Below are positions 1-10,546 of a stretch of 32,000 nucleotides of DNA, in pieces; the first letter of the stretch is position 1; each line of letters begins with the position of its first letter. Source of the DNA: Planctopirus limnophila DSM 3776 (GTDB lineage Bacteria > Planctomycetota > Planctomycetia > Planctomycetales > Planctomycetaceae); contig NC_014148.1 in assembly GCF_000092105.1 (NCBI RefSeq), positions 2,490,001 to 2,522,000 on the forward strand. The letters run 5' to 3'. A model generated the notes under the pieces. It did no database searches. It was not told the DNA's origin and saw nothing but the letters and a program-made list of their open reading frames with translations. Position numbers and translations under genes: made by a program.

Positions 1-2397
1 AATGTACTGCGATTTGCTCAGGAATCGGGCACTGTGAATCCCGAATTTGCCAGTCTGACACAGATCACAACTTTTGCTGAAGGTGTAGGGCTTTGCGGTC
101 GTGCCTGGCGACAGCGGGAATTGATCTTCGTACGCGATCTGACACAAGTTCCGGATTGTGTGCGTGGCCCGGTGGCTATGCGAGCCGGTGTGAAATCGGG
201 TGTGTGCTTTCCACTGATTGTCGATGATCAGGTGGTTGGCACGATGGATTTCTTTGCCACGGAAGAACTGGAACTTTCAACAGCTCGAATTGAAACTTTG
301 CGGTCAGTCGGACGAATGGTCTCTAACCAGATCCAGCGTTTAAAAACAGCGAGTATTCAGGCTGAAATCGCCAAGAACGTTGAGGCGACAAATCGCGTTC
401 AATTGGCCCTGTCTCTCGCGACATCACCTGCAGAAGCCATCCAGATCGCCTTGAAATCTGTCAAAGATGTCTTTGGTTGGGAGTATGGTTCTTACTGGGC
501 AATCGATAACAAAGACCAGGTCTTAAAATTCTCAGCTGAAGATGGAACCGTCTCGCAGGAATTCCGTCGGGTGACCGAGACCTCCATTTTTGCTCGCGGT
601 GTGGGATTGAATGGCAAGGCGTGGTTGAACAAAGATCTGGTTTTCGTTCAGAACCTGGCAAGCGTGACTGATTGCGTCCGGGCACCATCTGCTCAGATTG
701 CAGGTGTCAAGTCGGGTGTGGCATTACCTATCACCATGTATGGGGAAGTGATTGGCACAATCGACTTCTTTGTCACTCGTGAAATCACGTTGACTAAAGA
801 ACGTGCAGAAGCCTTGCGGGCAGTAGCTCGTGCACTCTCCAGCACTTTGCAGCAACTGGATGCCTTCCGCATGAAGTGCATGGTCGAATCCATGCCTTCC
901 AATATGATTCTGGCGGATTCCAACTTCAAGATCACCTACCTGAATCCCGCATCGATCAATCTTCTGCGGACTTTAGAAAAGTATCTCCCAGTCAAGGCCG
1001 ATGGGATCCTGGGACAGAGCATTGATATCTTCCATAAAGATCCCGCCTACCAGAGAAATATCCTGAATAACCTGGGTGGAAAATCGCGGCAAGCCCAGAT
1101 TCAGGTCGGGCCGGAATGGCTCAATCTGGTCATCAGCCCCGTAACGGATGCTTCAGGTAAAGCTGTGGGTTCGATGATTACCTGGGATGTCGTGACCGAG
1201 AAACTTCGTATGGAAAACGAAGTCACCCGCATTCAGAACATGATGGAAAACATGCCCATCAATGTCCTGATGGCCAGCAGTGAAGGGGTGCTGGAATACT
1301 TCAATCCCGCAGCATCTCAAAATCTCAAGCGGTTGGAGAATCAACTTCCCCGAAAGGTCAACGAACTCAAGGGCAAGCCTTTCGATCTCTTCTCCCGACA
1401 GACGGAACTGCAGTCTCGAATTCTCGGGAACCCGGGCAATCTGCCCTTTACCACCAGGGTTCAACTTGGCACAGATCATCTCGATGTCCAGGTAAACGCC
1501 ATTTACGACAAAAAAGGGGACTATGTCGGGCCGATGGTGACGTTCACCATCATCACCGAGCAAGTTCAGATGGCGGATACTTTCGAGAAAGATATTCGCG
1601 GGATTGTCGAGATCGTGACTTCATCGGCAACAGAAATGCAGGCCAGTGCGAAGTCTCTCGCTGCCACATCTGACGAAACGGCACGACAGGCACAGGTTGT
1701 GGCTGCTGCCAGTGAAGAAGCCACCCGAAACGTCGAAACGGTTTCTTCGGCCTCGGAAGAACTCAGCAAATCAATTTCCGAGATCGCCAGACATGTTCAG
1801 GATGCATCAAAAATGACAGCCACCGCTGTCCATGATGCTGAGAAGACAAACGCCACCATTCGAGATCTGGGAGTATCAAGTAACGAAATCGGGCAGGTTG
1901 TGAAAGTGATCACATCGATTGCTCAACAGACCAATCTGCTCGCGTTGAACGCGACCATCGAAGCGGCCCGTGCGGGAGAAGCTGGCAAAGGCTTCGCGGT
2001 GGTGGCTAATGAAGTCAAAGAACTGGCACGACAGACGGCAAAGGCAACTGAGGAAATCAGCCAGAAGATCAATGCCATTCAAAATGCAACGGGTGTAGCG
2101 ATCACTGCGATTGGTTCAATTGGTGAATCGATTCGGAAGATCAACGAGATCAGCACCACGATTGCCAGCGCGGTTGAAGAACAATCGGCCGCAACGAACG
2201 AAATTTCCCGTAATGTCTCAGAAGCAGCCCGTGGAACAGCCGAAGTCTCTTCCAATATCGCCGGGGTTTCACAAGCTGCCGACGAAGGTGGTAAGGGAGC
2301 TGGAGATATTCTGACAGCGGCTGAAGGTCTGGCGATCGAGTCGAACCGGCTTGATCAGGCCACGACTCAATTCCTCCAGAAATTGCGTTCCCACTAA
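1..2397 (+). CDS. Soluble methyl-accepting chemotaxis protein, (GAF)2-(PAS)2-MCP signalling domain; 5' end cut by window edge
   Basis: ORF 34..2397 starts at a GTG, but the frame is open back to nt 1 ([11 protein letters not shown]..), so the true start lies upstream. Two tandem GAF-like repeats share GVGL.G.AW...FV..L..V.DCVR.P.A..AGVKSGV. Two PAS-like repeats follow ([11 protein letters not shown].., [11 protein letters not shown]..). Then comes the conserved MCP hairpin tip [38 protein letters not shown]. No hydrophobic transmembrane stretch. Confidence 0.9.
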   Translation, partial: NVLRFAQESGTVNPEFASLTQITTFAEGVGLCGRAWRQRELIFVRDLTQVPDCVRGPVAMRAGVKSGVCFPLIVDDQVVGTMDFFATEELELSTARIETLRSVGRMVSNQIQRLKTASIQAEIAKNVEATNRVQLALSLATSPAEAIQIALKSVKDVFGWEYGSYWAIDNKDQVLKFSAEDGTVSQEFRRVTETSIFARGVGLNGKAWLNKDLVFVQNLASVTDCVRAPSAQIAGVKSGVALPITMYGEVIGTIDFFVTREITLTKERAEALRAVARALSSTLQQLDAFRMKCMVESMPSNMILADSNFKITYLNPASINLLRTLEKYLPVKADGILGQSIDIFHKDPAYQRNILNNLGGKSRQAQIQVGPEWLNLVISPVTDASGKAVGSMITWDVVTEKLRMENEVTRIQNMMENMPINVLMASSEGVLEYFNPAASQNLKRLENQLPRKVNELKGKPFDLFSRQTELQSRILGNPGNLPFTTRVQLGTDHLDVQVNAIYDKKGDYVGPMVTFTIITEQVQMADTFEKDIRGIVEIVTSSATEMQASAKSLAATSDETARQAQVVAAASEEATRNVETVSSASEELSKSISEIARHVQDASKMTATAVHDAEKTNATIRDLGVSSNEIGQVVKVITSIAQQTNLLALNATIEAARAGEAGKGFAVVANEVKELARQTAKATEEISQKINAIQNATGVAITAIGSIGESIRKINEISTTIASAVEEQSAATNEISRNVSEAARGTAEVSSNIAGVSQAADEGGKGAGDILTAAEGLAIESNRLDQATTQFLQKLRSH

Positions 2398-2410
2398 CAG
2401 CAGTCAACGG

Positions 2411-2452
2411 CCGGGAACATTCTCGCTCATGAACTTTGAGAATGTTCTCCGG
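2411..2452 (+). terminator. Intercistronic stem-loop after the MCP gene (possible attenuator or weak terminator; no U-tract)
   Basis: CCGGGAACATTCTC (2411-2424) pairs with GAGAATGTTCTCCGG (2438-2452) with one bulged A and a 13-nt loop. It starts 14 nt after the MCP stop. The following sequence CGGATTTGAC is not U-rich. Confidence 0.3.
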
Positions 2453-2557
2453 CGGATTTGACTGACTCTGCCATCTTGCAAAAGTCGATGACCAGGCGAT
2501 TGAAATACAGGCTTATCCGAGAAACGGGATACTTGCTGCCCTGAAAAGGTCTGCTCT

Positions 2558-2922
<365 letters not shown>

Positions 2923-2926
<4 letters not shown>

Positions 2927-4080
2927 GTTTACGTCCAGTGAAAATTCTGGTCGTGGATGACTCCGCCGTGATCCGTGGCCTGATGGCTAAAGTCATTGAA
3001 TCGACCGAGGGATTGCAGCTTGCTGGAACAGCGATGCATGGCGAAGCCGCCCTGGCATTTCTGAAACGCAATCCTGTGGACATCGTGGTCCTCGATGTCG
3101 AGATGCCTGTGATGAATGGACTCGATGCCTTGCGTCAGATCCAGATTCAATTCCCCGGTACACATGTCATCATGGCCAGTGCTCTCACGACGGCCGGGGC
3201 GAAAGTGACGGTTGAAGCATTGGCGCAAGGCGCTGCAGGTTGTGTTGCTAAACCTCAGGCAAAGTCGGCATCTGATGCGATCCAGCAGGTCGGGGCCGAA
3301 CTCGTACCGCTCATCCGGGCCTTAACGAACAAACCTGAGGCAAACACTCCGGATGCGGCGATCGTTGCAGAGGCCGAGATTCGTCCACACGCTGAATCCA
3401 ACGTGACCCGTACCAATAATGCAAGATATGCATCGTCGACAACCGAGACGGCCATTCGATCAACTGGCACTTCGGTCTTACGCAGAATGCCTCGGCCCGT
3501 GCAGGCCATTGTGATTGGCACCAGCACAGGTGGCCCCAAAGCTCTGAGCCAGATCATGTCGAGCATTGATGACACGATCTGGCAACCGATACTGATTGTT
3601 CAGCACATGCCGGCAGCATTTACACCAATGCTGGCGAAGCATCTGGGAAGTGATTCCCGCAGAGTTTGTGTCGAAGCTCAGACGGGCATGCCAATTCTCC
3701 CCGGGCACATCTATGTGGCTCCCGGAGATTATCATCTGGAAGTTGTTCGTAAAGGGGGGGATATCGTTGCCCAACTTCACCAGGCAGCACCAGAACATTA
3801 TTGCCGTCCATCGGTGAATCCGCTCTTTCGGACAGCAGCAGAGGTCTGGGGCAAGCATCTGGCAGCAGTCATGCTGACCGGTATGGGTGATGATGGAATT
3901 GAAGGGACACAGGCCGTCCATCAGGCGGGTGGTTACATATTGGCACAGGATGCTGTCTCAAGCGTGGTTTGGGGAATGCCAGGAGCCGTCGTGAAAGCAG
4001 GCCTTCACGATGAGATGCTCTCGCTGTCCGAGATTGCAGGTCGTCTCCGACAGATTGCATTGTGGAAAGGGGCAGCATGA
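2923..4080 (+). CDS. cheB: Chemotaxis response regulator protein-glutamate methylesterase CheB
   Basis: ORF 2800..4080 trimmed to ATG 2923 (MSLRPVKILVVDDS), which overlaps the cheY stop. N-terminal receiver (VLDVEMPVMNG). C-terminal methylesterase with GTSTGGPKAL (Ser), HMPAAFT (His) and GMGDDG (Asp). Confidence 0.9.
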
Positions 4081-4913
4081 CCATTGATTCCAACGACTAT
4101 GATTTCCTATCGGCTCTGGTCGCCAGACGATCAGGTTTAGCCCTGGGAAGCGGAAAAGAGTATCTCCTCGAAGCGCGTCTTATCCCCATTGCCAATTCTT
4201 TGGGTATGCCCAGCCTCGTCGAACTGGTTCGTCATCTCAGAGTTCGCCGGGATGAAAATCTCGAGGCCACCATCACGGAAGCGATGACTACGAATGAGAC
4301 GTTATTCTTTCGAGACAAGACACCTTTTGATGAACTCAAAGAACAGATTCTTCCTGAGTTGATTACGAATCGGCAAACCAGCCGCAGGCTGCGGATCTGG
4401 TCGGCGGCAGCTTCCACTGGCCAGGAAGCTTATTCGCTCCTGATGACGATTCGCGAGTCCTTTCCACAATTGTCGTCATGGCGTATCGAAGTCATTGGAA
4501 CCGATATCAGCCAGCAAGCGTTGTCGAAAGCCAGGCAGGGAACCTACTCGCAGTTCGAAGTTCAGCGAGGTCTGCCCATTCAACTGTTGGTCAAATATTT
4601 CCAGCAAGTACCAGAAGGTTGGCAGATTTCGCAAGAATTGCGGAATGCCGTCACCTTTAAGCCACTCAACCTGCTGGAGAATCTCTCCTCACTGGGTGAA
4701 TTTGACATTATCTTCTGCCGCAATGTTCTCATTTATTTTGAACAAGCCAATAAGACCACCATTCTCGACCGGATGGAACGACAACTCCGGCCGGATGGTT
4801 ACCTGGTGCTTGGTGCTGCTGAGACCGTCTTAGGTGTGACCAATCGATTTCAGAGAGTCCGAAGCTGTAAATCGGCCGTGTATGCACCTTCCAGGCAGTT
4901 TCAGACCGTTTAA
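4077..4913 (+). CDS. cheR: Chemotaxis protein methyltransferase CheR
   Basis: ORF 4062 (GTG) trimmed to ATG 4077, which overlaps the cheB stop (ATGA 4077-4080). CheR N-terminal helical domain plus SAM-methyltransferase motifs IWSAAASTGQEAYSL and DIIFCRNVLIYF. Confidence 0.9.
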   Translation: MTIDSNDYDFLSALVARRSGLALGSGKEYLLEARLIPIANSLGMPSLVELVRHLRVRRDENLEATITEAMTTNETLFFRDKTPFDELKEQILPELITNRQTSRRLRIWSAAASTGQEAYSLLMTIRESFPQLSSWRIEVIGTDISQQALSKARQGTYSQFEVQRGLPIQLLVKYFQQVPEGWQISQELRNAVTFKPLNLLENLSSLGEFDIIFCRNVLIYFEQANKTTILDRMERQLRPDGYLVLGAAETVLGVTNRFQRVRSCKSAVYAPSRQFQTV

Positions 4914-5395
4914 CTGTCGTTCACATTGGTGAAACGCTGAGTGATCGTGGAGACTTTTTCCACACACATTTCGCATGATGATGTTCGCTGAATGCCTTGC
5001 TTGCGGCCTGTGTATGAGGCTCGCGGGCAAGCGTGTCATCGGTTCGTTCGCCCGTTCTGATGAAGCGGGAAATGGGCTGAGTGACAGTTCATGCTGCCAT
5101 CAATTCGAACGATTCGCTCGTTACTTCAAGAATGGAGAATTCACCACGAAGGTCGCGAAGAGCACGAAAGTGGAGGACGTTGAGTTGGGCATGAGTTCGG
5201 AGTCGTTTTTCGGTTTTCTCAACGCAGAGTTAATGCCTGCGTCCGTCACCCGCGGTTCAATCCCGTAGCGGCGCTAAATTCTAATGTGCTCTCGATTCAC
5301 TTTTTCGAGAAGTTTGCCATGCAAATATTTCACAAAGTCGGATATTCTAAGTTAAGTTGTTTGTGGTCATTCGTGGTTCAGTAAAAGGGTGATTC

Positions 5396-7096
5396 GTGGC
5401 TGTTCCTGAACGTGTGGTGGTTCTCGGAGCAAGCAGCGAGCAGCACGAGCAGATTCTGCAGCATTTGCGTGGCTTCCCGGTGGATGTCCTCCCACCCGCG
5501 ACGCCATTTTCCCACTTCTCGAATGATGATCTACCGGATGGCGTTCTAGTGATCGGCACGATGGCTTCCCTGGCCATGCGGCTCAATGAGATTAACGCGC
5601 TGGTTCAGCATCTTCCCGACGGGCTTGTGGTACTCAATCATCAGCAACAGGTTCTCTGGTGGAATCGCCGGATCGAAGAACTGGCTGGAACAAACGATCT
5701 TTCGGGGCGGGATTTTTTTGGAGTTCTACAAAACCCGCAAATCGAAGGACCCGATTTCTCACCTCTGAATCAAGCTTTGGCCACCAGCGAAACCACTCGA
5801 ACAAAGCTGCGGTTGAGCGACAAACAGTATCTTGAAATTCTCGTTTCACCGGTTCTTGACGAACATAATGAGCTTCCTCTGGGACTGGTCGTTACGGTTC
5901 ATGACATTTCGAACGATGTCCTCGAACGCGAAAAACTCAATGCGATCCACCAGGCTGGTCGAGAACTGGGTGATCTTTCGGCCGAAGAACTCATAGAGAT
6001 GTCTGTGGAGGATCGCATTGAACTTCTCAAGCAGAAGATCATTCAATTCACGCAGGATACACTGAACTACGAAACGATCGAGATCCGGCTGCTGGATCGC
6101 AACACGAAATCATTAGATCCATTGCTGCATGTCGGGATGACTGAAGAAGCAACTCACCGGAAGCTGTTTGCCAATGCGACGAATAACGGTGTCACAGGTT
6201 TCGTTGCGGCCACCGGGAGCAGCTATCTTTGCGAAGAAACATCGAGCGATCCTTTGTACCTGCCCGGTGCCCTGGGGGCCCGAAGTTCGCTGACTGTGCC
6301 CTTGATTCTGCACGATGAGGTGCTGGGAACTTTCAACGTCGAAAGCTCGAAAGCGGGAGCATTCTCCCATCGAGATCTGCAATTTCTGGAGCTGTTTGCA
6401 CGCGAAATCGCCATTTCGTTGAATACACTGGAACTGTTCGCTGTCGAGAAAATGACGGCGCAAAGCGAGAGTATGAATCTCGTCCTGAGAGAGATTCATC
6501 GTCCGCTCTCGGAAATTCTGGGTGATGCCAACTGGATTCTCGATGGGTTTATTGGTCACCAGCCGGAGATCTGTGAGCGATTGCAGCGAGTGATTAATCA
6601 CACCCGTGGTATTCGTGATCTGATCATGAAGATCGGAGAAGCTGCTCAACCGGCACTTCCTCACGCACCAGTGGCCTATCAGCCTGCCGCACAAAGAGCA
6701 CGCATTCGCGGCAAGAGAATTCTTGTTGTCGATCAGGACGATACGATTCGCCAGGCCGCCAATGATCTTCTTGTTCGTTTTGGTTGCGTGGTGGAAGCTG
6801 CCAGTAGTGGGATCGAAGCTGAACGGCTTGTGCGTGGATATCATTACGACGCCGCCATCATTGATATCCGTCTGCCTGATATGACAGGGTTCGACTGCTT
6901 CGTGCGAATTCGACAGTTGAATGAGCATCTGCCGGTCATCCTGATGACAGGATTCGGCTACGACCCTTCTCATTCGATCGTGAAAGCCAGACAAATGGGC
7001 TTGAAATCCGCACTCTACAAACCATTCCGCCTTGAGCAGCTTTTGAGTGAACTGGAAAAAGTGATGACTCCTCCAGCCGAACCCACTGCTTCATGA
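5396..7096 (+). CDS. PAS-GAF-(DHp-like helical segment)-receiver protein; response regulator or phosphorelay protein lacking an HATPase domain
   Basis: 566-aa ORF from GTG 5396; start uncertain because the first in-frame ATG is far downstream. PAS-like LPDGLVVLNHQQQVLWWNRRIEELAG. GAF-like TLNYETIEIRLLD...SLTVPLILHDEVLGTFNVES. H-box-like LREIHRPLSEIL (His codon 6497-6499). About 25 residues later comes a complete receiver domain (KRILVVDQDD, AAIIDIRLPDMTG, ILMTGFG, LYKPF). Confidence 0.85.
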   Translation: MAVPERVVVLGASSEQHEQILQHLRGFPVDVLPPATPFSHFSNDDLPDGVLVIGTMASLAMRLNEINALVQHLPDGLVVLNHQQQVLWWNRRIEELAGTNDLSGRDFFGVLQNPQIEGPDFSPLNQALATSETTRTKLRLSDKQYLEILVSPVLDEHNELPLGLVVTVHDISNDVLEREKLNAIHQAGRELGDLSAEELIEMSVEDRIELLKQKIIQFTQDTLNYETIEIRLLDRNTKSLDPLLHVGMTEEATHRKLFANATNNGVTGFVAATGSSYLCEETSSDPLYLPGALGARSSLTVPLILHDEVLGTFNVESSKAGAFSHRDLQFLELFAREIAISLNTLELFAVEKMTAQSESMNLVLREIHRPLSEILGDANWILDGFIGHQPEICERLQRVINHTRGIRDLIMKIGEAAQPALPHAPVAYQPAAQRARIRGKRILVVDQDDTIRQAANDLLVRFGCVVEAASSGIEAERLVRGYHYDAAIIDIRLPDMTGFDCFVRIRQLNEHLPVILMTGFGYDPSHSIVKARQMGLKSALYKPFRLEQLLSELEKVMTPPAEPTAS

Positions 7097-7164
7097 TGGT
7101 GGATCTTTGGGCAGGTTGAAGTTTCTCTCCACGTTGATGCGTCAAATCGCTGTGCCTCAAATGA

Positions 7165-7200
7165 AGATCACCCGGCAAGCTATGGCTTACCGGGTGATCT
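7165..7200. terminator. Stem-loop between convergent genes (candidate bidirectional terminator)
   Basis: AGATCACCCGG (7165-7175) and CCGGGTGATCT (7190-7200) are perfect complements. The stem extends inward by 4 more pairs around a TATG loop. It lies between the stop at 7096 (+) and the stop at 7243 (-). No strong U-tract on either strand. Confidence 0.5.
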
Positions 7201-7242
7201 GAATCTCAGTACTCAAAATTCTTCGTTAAGAATCAATTCGGG

Positions 7243-8769
7243 TTAGTAGTTCCACTCAACACCGAAGCTCCAGGCTTGTGTCCAGAACGTGCTTCGGCTG
7301 TCACCGATGGTGGTTTGGAGTGGGGCACCCCGCCAGACGATATTCTCTTCTGGCCGGTAAACCTCTCCCAGCATGGTGAAGGTATAACCAAACTGGAACT
7401 GAGCCTGTTCGAAGAACGCCATGCGTTTAATCAGTGGAACATAACTGAGAAGTGGTGCTCTCAGCAGGACCGATTGTTCGAGCATGGGCGACACTATGGT
7501 GGTCGTATCGGAATCGTTGAAGACCTGATCCACACCTGTCGCGGGAGGCACGTTTCCTGAACCCGTCTGATTGAAGATGTTTTTATATTCGATCGATCGT
7601 TTCGAGTGGTTGGCCAGGAGACCGAACTTTGTATTCGAGATGATCTTGAATTTGTCTTTCCCCAGATCAATCCGGAAGCCGACTTCGGGACCCGCAAACT
7701 GCGATTGAACGACCGACCGGAGAGTTGAGTCCAGCAGCAGAACATCGGTGGGATTATCCGGAGCGATAATCGCCGCTGGGCGTGGTCGGCCAGTGGTGGT
7801 TACAACGGCGAGGTCAGTCGTCCCCACCGTATAATTCAAACCACTATCGACACCATGAAAGCCAAATGTTTCACGTAAACCGAAGTAGCGAATCCCGTAA
7901 GTGGGCCGGATACGGAATCCATCTCCCTCTTTCCAGGGATTGGCCATACCACCAACATTCGCCCCATAAAACTGACTGGTGTGGTTGATCTCGAACAACA
8001 GATCGTACTTTTGAACACCGGTATTGTTGGCGTTATCAAGGTTCGTATCACCATCAAACAGCGGGAGAGCACCCACAATCTGCAATCTTTGTGTGATTGG
8101 AATTGTATAGCTGGGTGTTGTGGTCACAGAAGTGGGCGTCGGAGTCGCGATACGCTGTTCGCCCGTCGCACCTTCATCCAGGAAGAAGCCTGACAAAGTC
8201 CAACCACTTTCGTCTGCCTGCTCGCCTTCGAGAGTTAAGCGAATACCACCCGAAGTCGCGTCATTCAGAACGCCGGTATAGGTGAATGGAGTGATGTTAC
8301 TCGTCGTTGCACCTGTTCCGGTCCCTGTACCAGTTCCCGTCCCGGAAGTAGTTGTGGGGCGATAGATTGGCAGGATGCCTTCAGAACCCATCAGTCGATT
8401 ATTGGGTTTCTTGTAGACCCCATAGAGCCCTTCGACAGTGAAGGACATTTGTGATGGCCCCCACTTCGAGTTATCAAACCAGAAGCCGTTTTCCTGCTGA
8501 ATCTGCTGGAAAGGGGGCCCCTCAAAGGGAGAAACTGCCGGCCAGGGGTTCATCCCCGGCTGGAAAGATGGAGGTGCCATTCCCGGCCCATACCCTTCCG
8601 GCGCATATCCCCCAGGCATGGGCTGGTAGCCTGCCGAAGGATAGTAGCCGCTCAAATCCGGGTTCATGGGACCATCTTGTCCCATGGTGACCGAGCCCGA
8701 CGCCAGCATCAGCCCGCCAAGCAGGTATTTGAAGCCGCGAAGTTTGTTAAACCAGTGCCGTGTCTGCAT
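7243..8769 (-). CDS. Outer-membrane beta-barrel protein, planctomycete BBP7-like porin family (tentative)
   Basis: ORF 7243..8811 trimmed to ATG 8769 (MQTRHWFNKLRGFKYLLGGLMLASGSVTMGQDG = signal peptide). A Pro/Gly/Tyr/Met-rich low-complexity segment and a TSGTGTGTGTGTGATTS run are followed by about 300 aa of alternating beta-strand-like sequence. It ends in the OMP-type aromatic terminus WSFGVEWNY. Confidence 0.75.
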   Translation of the reverse strand: MQTRHWFNKLRGFKYLLGGLMLASGSVTMGQDGPMNPDLSGYYPSAGYQPMPGGYAPEGYGPGMAPPSFQPGMNPWPAVSPFEGPPFQQIQQENGFWFDNSKWGPSQMSFTVEGLYGVYKKPNNRLMGSEGILPIYRPTTTSGTGTGTGTGTGATTSNITPFTYTGVLNDATSGGIRLTLEGEQADESGWTLSGFFLDEGATGEQRIATPTPTSVTTTPSYTIPITQRLQIVGALPLFDGDTNLDNANNTGVQKYDLLFEINHTSQFYGANVGGMANPWKEGDGFRIRPTYGIRYFGLRETFGFHGVDSGLNYTVGTTDLAVVTTTGRPRPAAIIAPDNPTDVLLLDSTLRSVVQSQFAGPEVGFRIDLGKDKFKIISNTKFGLLANHSKRSIEYKNIFNQTGSGNVPPATGVDQVFNDSDTTTIVSPMLEQSVLLRAPLLSYVPLIKRMAFFEQAQFQFGYTFTMLGEVYRPEENIVWRGAPLQTTIGDSRSTFWTQAWSFGVEWNY

Positions 8770-9142
8770 CAGATCGTCCCTGACGATGCACCGTAAATTG
8801 AAGCGAGGCAACCACCGTTGCTTCCGCTGCTCATCGGCGAATGCCGCCGATAATGAACCATCGCGCTGGATGGGCCTGCCGGTAGTATCGGTTCGGTAAC
8901 TTGGCAGACTGTATCGATTGTGACTTTGGTAGCGGGAAAACCGGTTCTGTCGCGTTTAACGACCAGCAACTTTCGCCATTCGAGCTTGGAATTCCTGCGG
9001 CTGATCAGCCTCAGGCGACTTTTACCGGTGTCTGGCGACGTCTGCCCAAAGGGACTTGAAGTATGTCCTCTCCGGAAATCACTGGATGCAAAGCATGCCC
9101 AGAGCCGGGAAGAATCGTGACTTTCCTATCTGACGAGCGGAT

Positions 9143-10546
9143 TTACGACATCATCAGATGACGCTCGAAGCTGATACCGAACTTCTTCATCTTCTTGTAG
9201 AGCGTGGTGCGGTTAATCCCTAAGGCTTCAGCCGTCAATTGCCGGTTCCACCCATGTGATTCCAGCGCATCGATAATGAGCTGCTTTTCGGGAGAGGCCA
9301 GCGCCGTTTTCAGGCTTGATCCCGCAGAGACATTCGTGACGGCCCCCAGCAAGGCAACCGGTTCATCGCGGCGCAAGTTTTCTGGCAGATCCTGCAGGCC
9401 AATGACAGAGCCCTTACACAGAACGACAGCACGTTCGACAACATTCACCAGCTCTCGAACATTCCCTGGCCAACGATAACGCGCCATGGCAGAGAGTGCC
9501 TGCTCACTGAAACCGGTCACATTCTTGCCTGTCTGTGAGACAAATTCCTTCAGGTAGTGCTCGGCCAACAGGGGAATATCACTGATGCGTTCGCGCAACG
9601 AAGGCTGTGTCAAAGTCACCACGTTGATTCGATAGTACAGATCCTGGCGGAACTCACCCTTGGCGACCGCCTCTTCGAGATCGACATTGGTCGCCAGAAT
9701 CAGCCGGACATCGACTTTGTGGGTTTTGTTTCCACCGACCGCTTCAAACTCGCGGTCCTGGAGCACACGCAGAAGTTTGACCTGCAAACTCGGCGACGCC
9801 GTCGCAATTTCATCGAGGAACAATGTTCCACCATTGGCCTGCAGGAATTTCCCTGCTCGATCGTGCGAGGCCCCGGTAAATGCACCCGCCACGTGGCCGA
9901 AGAGTTCACTCTCCAGCAGAGTATCGGGCAGGGCCCCGCAGGCGACCTCCACAAAGGGCTTGTCTCGACGATTACTGAGTTGATGAATGGCTCGGGCAGT
10001 GAGTGTCTTCCCGGTTCCGCTTTCGCCAAGCACAAGCACGGTCGTGCGCGTGTCGGCGACACTTTCAATAATGTCGTACATCTTGAGCATGCGATAATCA
10101 TGCCCGATAATGTTTGATAGACCGAATCGATCATTGAGTTGCTGCTTGAGCTGCCGATTCTCAGCGACAATTTCCCGCTTGCCTAGTGCGCGCTGGATGG
10201 AGAAGTTCAACTCTTCATCGATCACAGGCTTGGTGAGGTAGTCAAACGCACCCAGCCGGATCGCATCCACAGCGCTTTCAATCGTGCCATAGCCCGTCAG
10301 CAGAATGATTTCCGTATCCGGGACAGCTTTGTTGGCCCATTCGAGGACAGCAAAGCCATCTTCATCGGGAAGATTGACATCACAGATCACGATGTCGAAG
10401 CGAAACTCCTTCATACGGGCCATGGCATCCCGTGCGGTGAAAGAAGTCTCTGTCCGATGTCCCAGGCTGCGCAGATAATCGGCCATCGATTCCGCGAGCT
10501 GACGGTCATCATCCACGACAAGCAGGGATCCTTGAGTCATCGACAT
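9143..10546 (-). CDS. Sigma-54-dependent response regulator (NtrC family enhancer-binding protein)
   Basis: 467 aa. Receiver ([24 protein letters not shown]). AAA+ sigma-54 interaction domain (Walker [15 protein letters not shown] loop in [25 protein letters not shown]). C-terminal Fis-type HTH ([20 protein letters not shown]). GGAG lies 6 nt upstream of ATG 10546. Confidence 0.9.
   Translation of the reverse strand: MSMTQGSLLVVDDDRQLAESMADYLRSLGHRTETSFTARDAMARMKEFRFDIVICDVNLPDEDGFAVLEWANKAVPDTEIILLTGYGTIESAVDAIRLGAFDYLTKPVIDEELNFSIQRALGKREIVAENRQLKQQLNDRFGLSNIIGHDYRMLKMYDIIESVADTRTTVLVLGESGTGKTLTARAIHQLSNRRDKPFVEVACGALPDTLLESELFGHVAGAFTGASHDRAGKFLQANGGTLFLDEIATASPSLQVKLLRVLQDREFEAVGGNKTHKVDVRLILATNVDLEEAVAKGEFRQDLYYRINVVTLTQPSLRERISDIPLLAEHYLKEFVSQTGKNVTGFSEQALSAMARYRWPGNVRELVNVVERAVVLCKGSVIGLQDLPENLRRDEPVALLGAVTNVSAGSSLKTALASPEKQLIIDALESHGWNRQLTAEALGINRTTLYKKMKKFGISFERHLMMS

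Noticed and set aside
4975-5268. 97-codon ORF as a confident protein-coding gene.
   Set aside because: It has no SD, no recognisable domain and an odd Cys-rich N-terminus. It is reported as an open question in the findings rather than as a feature.
5251-5274. tRNA/tmRNA-like T-arm CGCGGTTCAATCCCGTAGCGGCGC.
   Set aside because: The T stem forms only 4 pairs, one of them G-U. No complementary 5' acceptor strand (GCGCCGC) lies within a tRNA-sized distance. There is no D-arm with GG, and the nearby CGCAG..CTGCG stem has a 9-nt loop. No tmRNA-like 5' end or tag frame was recognised.
8300-8340. Possible TG/AC microsatellite or phase-variation tract in the OMP gene.
   Set aside because: The Thr-Gly run is encoded by mixed codons (ACC/ACT/ACA with GGA/GGT/GGG on the coding strand), so there is no uninterrupted dinucleotide DNA repeat.
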